From the NCBI GenBank assembly GCA_965279035.1, contig OZ257142.1, positions 3,168,001-3,232,000 on the forward strand: a stretch of DNA of 64,000 nt. The letters are read 5' to 3'. The stretch is from Bacteroidia bacterium. GTDB taxonomy: Bacteria > Bacteroidota > Bacteroidia > M30B66. A program made the translations under genes and the position numbers. Under the pieces are notes generated by a model. The model saw only the letters and a list, made by a program, of their open reading frames with translations, made no database searches and was not told where the DNA came from. This document shows, one piece after another, positions 41,195 through 50,130 of this stretch (the stretch's first letter is position 1; each line of letters opens with the position of its first letter).

Positions 41195-42478
41195 TTATTT
41201 TTTTACAAATCGGATTGTAAAAATTTGACTTTCATTTTTAATACGAATTAAATACTGACCAGAATTTAATTCTGATGTGTTGAAAACCTTTGAAAAATCT
41301 TTTTGAGGAAGCAAAACAGGTCGTCCTGTTAAGTCAAAACATTCAAAAGAGAAAGGTTGATTTATTTTTTGTTTAAAATCTACATGAATTTCATCAACAC
41401 ACGGGTTTGGAAATACAGATATGCTTGAAGGTTGTGAAGAAATATATGGATCAATTTGAGTTATCAAACCTGAACGGAAATTTTCAATAACAAAATGCAT
41501 AGCTGCTACTTGCTGTTGAGTGAACATATTCAAACAGTTTTCATCAGAATAATCCATATAGTTTTCGAGCATATCAGGCAAATCATTCACATCATCGGTG
41601 CATGAATTTGTAGCATAATCGCATGTTTGTTGATTTGCAGCGGCAGCATTGGGTGTGTCTGTTAATCCATCATCAACCGTACAATCACCATCTCCCCAAA
41701 TGTGTCTTAAACCTAAATAATGTCCGATTTCATGTGAAGCAGTTCGTCCTCTATTAACAGTAGCCAAAGTTCCTGTTACATCCGGATGAGGACCGAAAAC
41801 TTCATAATGAATTACAACTCCATCCTCCTGAATTTGTTCTGCACCCGAATTAGCTGGCCAATTAGGTGCTCCATTCGGAGGAGTAGCAAATCCCAAAATA
41901 AAAGGTGTATTTACTATTGGTATCGACATGTTGCAAACCCAAAGATTGAGATATTGTCCAACGGGCCAAGCATCCTTCCCTCCTGTTAAAGAGGATTTCA
42001 TATCTGTCATACTTAACCAGAAGGAAGTTTGGTCCGTTTGAGTACGAGTAATTCCATTGGTCGGATTTCCATCAGGATCTGTTTGGGCGAGATAAAATTC
42101 AATTCCGGCATCAGCTGCAACAGGCTTAAAAATATCGCGCGTAAGCGTTGTATCTGAATTCAATCGACGGTAGTCTTGGTTTAAGACTTGAATTTGATCA
42201 AAAACTTGTTGATCAGAAATATTTTGAATTTCGTTGTTATAAAGAATATGAACCACAACTGGAATGTGTGCAATTTCTCCATTAAAACTGCGAGATGTAT
42301 TAGTAGCAAATTGTTCAATGGTTTGTTGAACTTGCTGAACTTGACTCAACCAGTTTGGATTTGAACTTCCTTTAAATTCAATGTACTGATTGAATGAACA
42401 TCGTTCTTGAGAAACTAATTGACTACTGGATAAGAATAGGAAAAACAATCCTATGATATTGGATAGAGTGTACTTCAT
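41195..42478 (-). CDS. M43 zinc metalloprotease with T9SS type A CTD
   Basis: 'HEIGHYLGLRHIWGD', 'ENYMDYS', CTD 'VFPNP...SGQYLIRI...RFVKK'. Confidence 0.92.
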   Translation of the reverse strand: MKYTLSNIIGLFFLFLSSSQLVSQERCSFNQYIEFKGSSNPNWLSQVQQVQQTIEQFATNTSRSFNGEIAHIPVVVHILYNNEIQNISDQQVFDQIQVLNQDYRRLNSDTTLTRDIFKPVAADAGIEFYLAQTDPDGNPTNGITRTQTDQTSFWLSMTDMKSSLTGGKDAWPVGQYLNLWVCNMSIPIVNTPFILGFATPPNGAPNWPANSGAEQIQEDGVVIHYEVFGPHPDVTGTLATVNRGRTASHEIGHYLGLRHIWGDGDCTVDDGLTDTPNAAAANQQTCDYATNSCTDDVNDLPDMLENYMDYSDENCLNMFTQQQVAAMHFVIENFRSGLITQIDPYISSQPSSISVFPNPCVDEIHVDFKQKINQPFSFECFDLTGRPVLLPQKDFSKVFNTSELNSGQYLIRIKNESQIFTIRFVKK

Positions 42479-42521
42479 ACGGCCTTTTCAAAAAAGCAAG
42501 TTAAGAAAAGGAGAATCTCAA

Positions 42522-44003
42522 TTATTTAATGATTGGAAATTTCTTTTCAACCTCCTTGGCTACCACTTGTCCAGAAATTAAAGCAGGAGGAACTCCCGGT
42601 CCAGGAACGGTTAATTGACCAGTGTAAAATAAATTCTCCATTTTTTTGCTTTTGCAAGAGGGTTTTAAAATAGCAGTTTGTTTAAGTGTATTGGCTAATC
42701 CATAAGCATTGCCTTTAAATGCACCATAATCGGAAACAAAATCACGATAGGCATAACTCTTATAGTAATCAATAAAGGGGCGAATCGATTCTCCAGTTTG
42801 TTCTTCCATACGATCCATTATTTTATTGAAATAGATTTTTCGTATTTCATCGGTATCTTCCAAACCTGCAGCAACTGGAATTAAAATAAAAACATTCTCA
42901 CAGCCATCGGGAGCTGAAGTTAAATCTGTTTTAGAAATGATTGAAACATAAAAAAGTGGAGCACTTGGCCAAGCCGGCTCGGTATATATTTCGTGAGCAT
43001 GCTTTCCAAAATCCTGATCAAAAAATAAATTATGATGTTCTAAATGATTCAACTTTTTCTTCACTCCTAAATAATAAATCAGGCTAGATGGAGCCATAAC
43101 GCGTGATTCCCAATACTTGGAAGAATACGACTGGTATTTTTTAGGTAAAAGTTTGGTTTCGGTATAATGATAATCGGCCGAAGAAATAATGACATCAGCA
43201 GTAAATGACTTCCCATTGCTGATAACTGCTGTGATAGTATTGTTTGAAATTTTAAATTCATCAACCGGGCTTGAAAATTGAAAATCTACTCCCAGCTCCT
43301 TCGCTAGTGAAAACATGGCGTTTACAATTTCATACATTCCACCACGAGGAAACCAAGTGCCTAAAACCATGTCGGCATAATTCATTAAGCTGTATAAAGC
43401 GGGTGTTTCTTCTGGGCGGGCTCCTAAAAATAAAACTGGGAATTCAAGAATTTGAATGAGGCGAGGATTGGTTGTTACTTTTCGTGCATGCTTGGATAAG
43501 CTTTTAAATACATCTAATCGGAATAAACCACTTATGAAATCAAGATCAGCAAATTCGAATACACTTTGTCCCGGTTTATAAACGAGATTGTTCATCCCAA
43601 CGCGGTATTTGTATTGGGCTTCATCAAGAAATGTTTGCAAACGTTCTCCACTTCCTTGATCAATGGAATCGAAAAGAGCTTTCAGTTCCGAAAGTTTTGC
43701 AGGTATGGATGAATAATCGTTCTTGCCCCAATAAACTAAATAAGAAGGATCGAGTTGATCAAGGTGATAATAATCAGAAACTTTTTTACCGAATTTTGCA
43801 AAATAGGCTTCAAAAACATCTGGCATCCAATACCAGCTTGGTCCCATATCGAATGTATACCCTTTTTCAACTAATTTACGGGCACGACCACCCGGTTGAC
43901 TAAACTTTTCGAGCACAGTTACTTGATAACCAGCCTGAGCTAAAGAAGTAGCAACAGACATTCCCGAAAAACCTGCACCAATAACTATAGCTGATTTGGA
44001 CAT
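42522..44003 (-). CDS. crtI: Phytoene desaturase family (CrtI)
   Basis: 'VIGAGFSG', 'FDMGPSWYWMPD', 'GNAYGLANTL.QTA', 'GQLTVPGPGVPP'; likely start ATG 44003. Confidence 0.9.
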   Translation of the reverse strand: MSKSAIVIGAGFSGMSVATSLAQAGYQVTVLEKFSQPGGRARKLVEKGYTFDMGPSWYWMPDVFEAYFAKFGKKVSDYYHLDQLDPSYLVYWGKNDYSSIPAKLSELKALFDSIDQGSGERLQTFLDEAQYKYRVGMNNLVYKPGQSVFEFADLDFISGLFRLDVFKSLSKHARKVTTNPRLIQILEFPVLFLGARPEETPALYSLMNYADMVLGTWFPRGGMYEIVNAMFSLAKELGVDFQFSSPVDEFKISNNTITAVISNGKSFTADVIISSADYHYTETKLLPKKYQSYSSKYWESRVMAPSSLIYYLGVKKKLNHLEHHNLFFDQDFGKHAHEIYTEPAWPSAPLFYVSIISKTDLTSAPDGCENVFILIPVAAGLEDTDEIRKIYFNKIMDRMEEQTGESIRPFIDYYKSYAYRDFVSDYGAFKGNAYGLANTLKQTAILKPSCKSKKMENLFYTGQLTVPGPGVPPALISGQVVAKEVEKKFPIIK

Positions 44004-44075
44004 GGATGATTTTTTACTGAAATTACGGAATGAAACAAGAACGTGTATTCTTTGTTCAGACTTCAACTATTACGA

Positions 44076-44339
44076 ATGGAATATCCTCAATTTCGAAAAT
44101 ATATCGATGGAAATACGTTTTTCAAAATCGAAAATCCGATTTCATTTTATGAATTGAAAAGAATGGGAAAATATTATTCATTCACTTTCATAGATTGTAA
44201 AATTTATCCTGAACGTATGTTTTTGAATGACTTGATAAATCGAAGTTTTGAGAGCATTGAAATAATAAATGAAGATGAATTTCAATTCCATCTAACTACA
44301 TGGAAAAGAGAATTAATTTTATTTGAAAATGAATTATGA
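44076..44339 (+). CDS. Small hypothetical protein
   Basis: MEYPQFRKY...; stop overlaps the next start (ATGA); ATG 44076 preferred to GTG 44043. Confidence 0.65.
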   Translation: MEYPQFRKYIDGNTFFKIENPISFYELKRMGKYYSFTFIDCKIYPERMFLNDLINRSFESIEIINEDEFQFHLTTWKRELILFENEL

Positions 44340-44758
44340 TAAAGCACTACGAAAATGATGAACTAGTTGTGACATGGAAACCGGATGTTTGTATCCATTC
44401 TGGGAATTGTTTCAGGAAATTAAGTTCTGTTTTTGATCCTCGCCGAAAGCCTTGGATAATCATGGAAAATGCAAGTTCTCAAGAGATAATCGAAACTATT
44501 GGAGTTTGTCCTTCTGGAGCAATTTCATATCAATTAAAAAACTCACAAATGGCTGAACAAAAAGAAACAAATAACTCTGCTCCTATTATTCACGTTTCGA
44601 ATGCTGGACCATTACTTATATAGAGTGGATGCATCATTGAAGATGTGCATGGAAATCAAACAGTGAAGGAAGGTGTTGTAGCTTTATGTCGTTGCGGCGC
44701 TTCATCTAATAAACCCTATTGTGATGGTACACACCGCAAGACAGGATTTAGTGGTTGA
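44336..44758 (+). pseudogene. Divergent 4Fe-4S domain fused to a CDGSH iron-sulfur domain, interrupted by an in-frame TAG at 44621-44623 (nonsense allele, sequencing error or readthrough)
   Basis: 'CIHSGNC...CPSGAI' then 'GPLLI*SGCIIEDVHGNQTVKEGVVALCRCGASSNKPYCDGTHRKTGFSG-TGA(44756-44758)'. Confidence 0.8.
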
Positions 44759-45919
44759 TTATACGTTTAAGGATTGAAATTCTTGTAGCCGATTGATTGG
44801 ATTTGCATAAATAAGTAATAACTGATTTCGCAAAGCTTCGGGCTCTCCTTTCAAGGGTTTTAATACTTCTTGAAGATAATTTTCAAAAGCCGTTTTATCT
44901 TTTTCGTTGTATTGTTTTGAAAATACTTCACTTCCACTCAAGAGATCATGAGCTAAGTAATTGTATGGGAACAGTCGATAATTAGCAATGATTTTCGAAT
45001 CAATTAATTCGGCAATTTGTTTCATGGCTTCATTTCGATTTCCACTTGAAAATGCGGCATCAATTTCTTCCTTTTCAAGTGGTTTGCTGAAACTAAACTG
45101 AACCCTTCCTTTAGGACGAGCAATTCCCATTTGCATACTTTTCAAATCTTCACCTTCCGATTTAACATAGGATCCAGTTTGAGCAAAGATGTATTTCTCC
45201 ATTGTTTTCATTCCAGCGCAAGGTTCCAATTCATAGGAAATACTCACTGGAACAATATTCAATTCAGCATATCCATTGGCCCCATCTTCTGAACTCATAC
45301 CAAACATCTTTATGAGCCCCGCTTGTGTTTGATCGTATCCATTTTTCGTACGCCCTTCTTTTTGAGCAATCCAAACAGAAGTTAAATCATTTGTTATTGA
45401 ATGCCGAATGTAACGAGATAAACGAAGTGAATATTCATACGCTTGTCTTGCTTGAACATCGCGATGAACAATGAAATTCTTGTTTAATTTAACAAGATCT
45501 TCAATCCACGATTTCTGTAATAGATTGCTTCCAATAGCTATACGTGTTGTGGGAAATTCCTCAATGTGCAACAGGTAATTTAATAAAGCAGAATCTAAAA
45601 CAATATCACGGTGATTGGATATAAATAAATAGGCTTTTTTAGGGTCCAAATTCTCCAAACCTGAAGCTCTAACTCCATTGGTAGAACTACGAATAATGGA
45701 TGCTACAGCATTGGAAATAATTTTCGCCTGGAATTCATCTACCGAATGAAGTGATCTCAAACGTTCCTGAACATCTTCACTACTTACATCTGGAAAAACA
45801 TAGCGCAAAGCTGTATGAAATGATGCTTGTTTCAATAAACGCTCTATGGCATCTTGAACTTCTTCATCATAAAAAGGGCGGATGGGATCAAAATATCCCG
45901 TTTCTATTTCCTTGTCCAT
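44759..45919 (-). CDS. Glycerolipid acyltransferase (PlsB/PlsC superfamily)
   Basis: HX4D motif 'SNHRDIVLD', 'WIAQKEGRTKNG', 'IVPVSISYE'. Confidence 0.9.
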   Translation of the reverse strand: MDKEIETGYFDPIRPFYDEEVQDAIERLLKQASFHTALRYVFPDVSSEDVQERLRSLHSVDEFQAKIISNAVASIIRSSTNGVRASGLENLDPKKAYLFISNHRDIVLDSALLNYLLHIEEFPTTRIAIGSNLLQKSWIEDLVKLNKNFIVHRDVQARQAYEYSLRLSRYIRHSITNDLTSVWIAQKEGRTKNGYDQTQAGLIKMFGMSSEDGANGYAELNIVPVSISYELEPCAGMKTMEKYIFAQTGSYVKSEGEDLKSMQMGIARPKGRVQFSFSKPLEKEEIDAAFSSGNRNEAMKQIAELIDSKIIANYRLFPYNYLAHDLLSGSEVFSKQYNEKDKTAFENYLQEVLKPLKGEPEALRNQLLLIYANPINRLQEFQSLNV

Positions 45920-45944
45920 ATGGGCAAAGAACGAAGTTTTTTAC

Positions 45945-46574
45945 TTAAGACAAAACCTCTGTAGTAAAGAGAATTTCAAAGCGATATCCTTGATTGCTTA
46001 ATTCATTCAATATGAGAGGTAAAATCACTTTCAATCGAGGCCATGCTTTTTGTGAATCATGAAACGTGATGATTGATCCTGAACGGGTGTGATTTAATAC
46101 ATTATCTAAACATTTTTCAGGACTTAGTTTGATGTCATAGTCCATTGCCAACACATCCCACATGATAATTTTATATTTCTTTTTAAGTCGAAGAAATTGT
46201 GTTGGTTTTAATCTACCGTAAGGTGGTCTGAATAAATTGGAATGAATAAAAGATTCAGCGTGTTGAATATCGCTTAAATAATCTGCACTCGGGGTTTTCC
46301 AGCCATTGGGATGAGCGTAGGAATGGTTTCCAATACGATGACCTTTCTGGGTAATTGAACTAAATAAATCGGGATATGATTCTACATTTTTCCCTAAGCA
46401 GAAAAAGGTAGCTTTTGCTTTAAATACTTCTAAAATATCCAATACTTCGTTGGTAATTCCGGGAGTTGGTCCATCATCGAAGGTAAGATAAACCACCTTG
46501 CCCGAAGCTGGCAAACGCCAAATAGCTCCGGGCAAGAGTGATCTTAATAAGAAAGCCGGTTGAACCAGGCTCAT
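45945..46574 (-). CDS. Polysaccharide deacetylase (NodB/CE4)
   Basis: 'YLTFDDGP', 'GNHSYAH', 'FRPPYG', 'ITFHDS'. Confidence 0.93.
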   Translation of the reverse strand: MSLVQPAFLLRSLLPGAIWRLPASGKVVYLTFDDGPTPGITNEVLDILEVFKAKATFFCLGKNVESYPDLFSSITQKGHRIGNHSYAHPNGWKTPSADYLSDIQHAESFIHSNLFRPPYGRLKPTQFLRLKKKYKIIMWDVLAMDYDIKLSPEKCLDNVLNHTRSGSIITFHDSQKAWPRLKVILPLILNELSNQGYRFEILFTTEVLS

Positions 46575-46580
46575 GAGTAG

Positions 46581-49500
46581 TTAATTTCCTCCTCCTCGCA
46601 TGGAAGAACCTCCAGTTGCCATATACTGTCCTTCGAGGGTTTTAAAACGAGCATCTAAATTCTTAATCAATTCATCGCGTTTACCACGTTTGGCAACATC
46701 GGTAATAAACTTGAAGATGGACATATTCCGTTGAATTTCCGAATCAAAGCGTTTCATGATTTTCGGTTTCTGGCTGTAATAATAAACCAGTTCCTGCTCT
46801 ATGATATCGGCATATCGTTTTAATATTTTATCTGCTTTATCGTTCACTCCCGCTTGATAATAATCTTCGGCCAATTGAACGACAAAGAAATTATAAGGAA
46901 CATTTTTCTCAGGTAACATTTCAAAAGCACGATCAACCACTTTAATGGCTGAATCCTTTTTGCCTTCCTGAATTAAAGAAGAAGCCAAACGATCGAAATT
47001 GCTTCGTAGGTTCATCGTCATACGGATATTATTTTCATCCATATATACTTCTTTCTTATCCAATCCGCCCCATTTGAATTTGTTCATCATATTGTCGTAC
47101 ATCACATCGGTATTGATACGACCAAAATTATCTCCTCTACCCGATGGACTCTTAATTGGAACGAGACGATAAGCTAATCCTTCTAATTGGAAATAATCTT
47201 GAAGTCCGATATAGGAATCATCACCAACAGTAACAGCAAAGTAAACTGGGCGTTCCCAATTGTTAGTTGCTAAAAGATCCAAAATCATTAATTCGGCTTT
47301 CAAGATATAGTTGCGATCTATTTCGAAGTCGATAGATTTTACTATTTGATTTTCCATTCCTTTTGGAACTGTTCCATTGGCAACTACTTTAGCCGAATCA
47401 ACAGGAATACTGAATTTACCAGAAGGGAAATAATCGAAAGCACGATCACCATAATCGAATTTATTTCGAGGATCATCACTCGCAACAAAATCAACCATTT
47501 CACGAATATTCTGATATCCTTCTAGTCCTTTTTGTTCGTAAATCAGAATTTGCTCGCGTTTACCTTGACGGTATTTATCTTGAGTCATTGATAATGGAAC
47601 AGCATCCGAATCGTAAGCCTTACGTTTAATCTGATCAATATACCAATCGGTATTCAAAAGACTTAAATTCACAACGCGAATATCGGTTCGAATTCCTTCC
47701 ACCTCTTGAGCATACCAAAGTGGGAATGTATCATTATCACCATTGGTAAATACGATCGCATTTTTCTGACAGGAATTCAAATAATTGCTAGCATAGTCGC
47801 GGGCTGTATAGCGATCGGAACGATTGTGATCATCCCATCCAGCTTTCGCCATAATTCCTGGAACTGCTACTGTACATAATCCAGTTACACCAATAGCAAC
47901 AATAGGTTGTGGTCCAAATTTTTTCAAGAAGGAATAAATCGCAGCAACACCAATTCCTATCCAAATGGAATAGGCATAAAATGAACCGGCAAAACCATAA
48001 TCACGCTCACGTGGTTCATTGGTATATTGGTTTAGGAAGAGGATAATGGCGATACCGGTGAAAAAGAAAAAGAGTAAAACGACTAAGAAATCGCGCTTGC
48101 TCCTCATCAGTTGAAATACCAATCCGATCAATCCTAAAATCATCGGAAGGAAATAGAAATTGTTATTGGCTTTATTATCTGCAAGTGATGGAGGTAAATT
48201 ACTTTGAGTACCCAAATTACCATCATCTATAAAATTCAACCCGCTTTTCCAATTTCCATCAGAAATGTTGCCTTGACCTTGAATGTCATTTTGTCGACCT
48301 ACAAAGTTCCAAGCAAAATATCGGAAATACATGAAGCCCAGCTGGTAACTAAAGAAGAAGGACATGTTTTGTCCGAACGAAGGTTTTTTCTTCGGATCTC
48401 CTTTGATATCGGCCCAAGTTTTATATCCACGAACGTGTTGTGGTTGACTGCTCCACATGCGTGGGAAAACAGTGCAATAAGCAGGATCGTAAACAGGTTC
48501 TTCGGTGTCTTTAGGAGTTGCTATGACTTCGTATTTACCAGTTTTAGGATTTGGCGAATACACTGTATTTCCTGGCTTATAGCGCTTTTTAGCATCCGGA
48601 TGAAGCGGAGCATTATAGTATTGTCCATATGCTAAAGGACGTGTACCGTATTGTTCACGGTTGAGGTAGCTCAATAAGGAGAAAACATTTTCCGGATTAT
48701 TTTCATCCATAGGTGTATCAGCCGCGGAACGAATGAGAATCATTCCATAACTACCATAACCGATTACCATGGCGGTAATACACAATGTTAAGGTATTGGC
48801 TAGTACATAATTTTGACGTGGTCCATAAATGAAGTAAGCAAGAATTCCACCTGCAATAACACCTAACCAACCTAATACAAGCAGAAGTAAAATTGCTAGA
48901 ATGACAAAGGTTGGATGTTGATTTCCTTTTCGCGATTGCATGAGAGCAATAGTGATCGCGGTGATAACCAAAATGATGTATACAACAGCACCAGATCCAA
49001 AAGGAAGACCCATGGAGTTAGTAAACATCAATTCAAAAATAGCAGCATTACCAACCACTTTAGGAATTAGTCCAAATTGTACAAAACCAACGAGGAGCAT
49101 TCCTAGGATACCAGTTAGGAGAATTCCTAAACGTGTTGGTGAGAATTTGCGGAAGTAATAGATGTATGCAATTGCAGGAATTGCCAAGAGGTTTAGTAAG
49201 TGGATTCCGATTGAAATTCCCATCAGGTAGGCAATTAATACAATGTATCGATCAGCAAACGGTTCGTCGGCCACTTCTTCCCATTTAAGCATCGCCCAAA
49301 AAACAACAGCAGTGAAAAAAGATGAGGTTGCATAAACTTCACCTTCAACAGCTGAAAACCAAAATGTATCAGAAAATGTGTAAGCAAGCGCACCAACCAA
49401 ACCACTTCCTAAGATGGCAAATAAATTTCCGTTACTGATTTCTCCTTTGAAGCCAACTAGAATTTTTCGAGTTAAGTGGGTGATTGTCCAAAAGAGAAAT

Positions 49501-49775
49501 AGAATTGTACCAGCAGATGCGAGTGCCGAAAGCATGTTCATCATCATGGCTACTTTACTTGTATCATCAAAAGCGAACAAGGTGGCAACACGGCCAAGTA
49601 TCATAAAGAAAGGAGCTCCCGGTGGGTGACCTATTTGAAGTTTATAGGCGGTGGCTATAAATTCGCCGCAATCCCAAAAACTGGCAGTTGGTTCAATGGT
49701 TGAACCGTAAGTATACATGGCGATTGCAAATGCCAGCCAGCCAAAAACATTATTCAGAAGTTTATATTGCTTCAT
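46581..49775 (-). CDS. DUF2723 / TMEM260-like GT-C membrane glycosyltransferase
   Basis: 'SFWDCGEFI...L.IGHPPGAP', 'FWFSAVEGEVYA', 'REQYG', 'EPRERDY', 'FTNGDNDTFPLWY.QEVEG.R.D'; multi-TM with soluble C-terminal region. Confidence 0.9.
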   Translation of the reverse strand: MKQYKLLNNVFGWLAFAIAMYTYGSTIEPTASFWDCGEFIATAYKLQIGHPPGAPFFMILGRVATLFAFDDTSKVAMMMNMLSALASAGTILFLFWTITHLTRKILVGFKGEISNGNLFAILGSGLVGALAYTFSDTFWFSAVEGEVYATSSFFTAVVFWAMLKWEEVADEPFADRYIVLIAYLMGISIGIHLLNLLAIPAIAYIYYFRKFSPTRLGILLTGILGMLLVGFVQFGLIPKVVGNAAIFELMFTNSMGLPFGSGAVVYIILVITAITIALMQSRKGNQHPTFVILAILLLLVLGWLGVIAGGILAYFIYGPRQNYVLANTLTLCITAMVIGYGSYGMILIRSAADTPMDENNPENVFSLLSYLNREQYGTRPLAYGQYYNAPLHPDAKKRYKPGNTVYSPNPKTGKYEVIATPKDTEEPVYDPAYCTVFPRMWSSQPQHVRGYKTWADIKGDPKKKPSFGQNMSFFFSYQLGFMYFRYFAWNFVGRQNDIQGQGNISDGNWKSGLNFIDDGNLGTQSNLPPSLADNKANNNFYFLPMILGLIGLVFQLMRSKRDFLVVLLFFFFTGIAIILFLNQYTNEPRERDYGFAGSFYAYSIWIGIGVAAIYSFLKKFGPQPIVAIGVTGLCTVAVPGIMAKAGWDDHNRSDRYTARDYASNYLNSCQKNAIVFTNGDNDTFPLWYAQEVEGIRTDIRVVNLSLLNTDWYIDQIKRKAYDSDAVPLSMTQDKYRQGKREQILIYEQKGLEGYQNIREMVDFVASDDPRNKFDYGDRAFDYFPSGKFSIPVDSAKVVANGTVPKGMENQIVKSIDFEIDRNYILKAELMILDLLATNNWERPVYFAVTVGDDSYIGLQDYFQLEGLAYRLVPIKSPSGRGDNFGRINTDVMYDNMMNKFKWGGLDKKEVYMDENNIRMTMNLRSNFDRLASSLIQEGKKDSAIKVVDRAFEMLPEKNVPYNFFVVQLAEDYYQAGVNDKADKILKRYADIIEQELVYYYSQKPKIMKRFDSEIQRNMSIFKFITDVAKRGKRDELIKNLDARFKTLEGQYMATGGSSMRGGGN

Positions 49776-49981
49776 AGATCTGATGGGTAAAATGAATCCA
49801 AGCGATAATTAAGTGCAAGAAAACGCGACGAAAATAGGAAACCGTATCCAATTCGCGGGAAAATAGGTAGAAAGTTTTCAGCTAATTATCGTTTATGATG
49901 CTGAAAAACTCCTTGAAATAGAAATTATCCCTCTGTTATTCAATCCAATCGAACTATTCTGGAGGAAAGATGAACCTTGAA

Positions 49982-50011
49982 TTTGCTATTACTGAAGTTT
50001 TACTAATTTTG
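49982..50011 (+). promoter_or_regulatory. Bacteroidota sigma-A promoter of tRNA-Gln
   Basis: TTTG (49982-49985), 18-nt spacer, TAATTTTG (50004-50011). Confidence 0.65.
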
Positions 50012-50026
50012 CGGCAACATCAAGAT

Positions 50027-50099
50027 TGTCCGATGGTGTAACTGGCAACACGTCTGATTTTGGTTCAGAAGAGTCTAGGTTCGAAACCTAGTCGGACAA
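50027..50099 (+). tRNA. tRNA-Gln (UUG)
   Basis: Acceptor TGTCCGA/TCGGACA, anticodon arm TCTGA-TTTTGGT-TCAGA, T-arm CTAGG-TTCGAAA-CCTAG; CCA not encoded. Confidence 0.95.
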
Positions 50100-50100
50100 C

Positions 50101-50127
50101 AAAACCCGCTTCCAAAGCGGGTTTTTT
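50101..50127. terminator. Bidirectional terminator between the tRNA and a convergent CDS
   Basis: AAAACCCGCTT-CCA-AAGCGGGTTTTTT. Confidence 0.85.
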
Positions 50128-50130
50128 ATT

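Noticed and set aside
44621-44623. Genome-wide TAG reassignment or amber suppression by the nearby tRNA-Gln
   Set aside because: All other long genes are intact under the standard code, asnB ends at a TAG at the expected position, and the tRNA anticodon is UUG, not CUA
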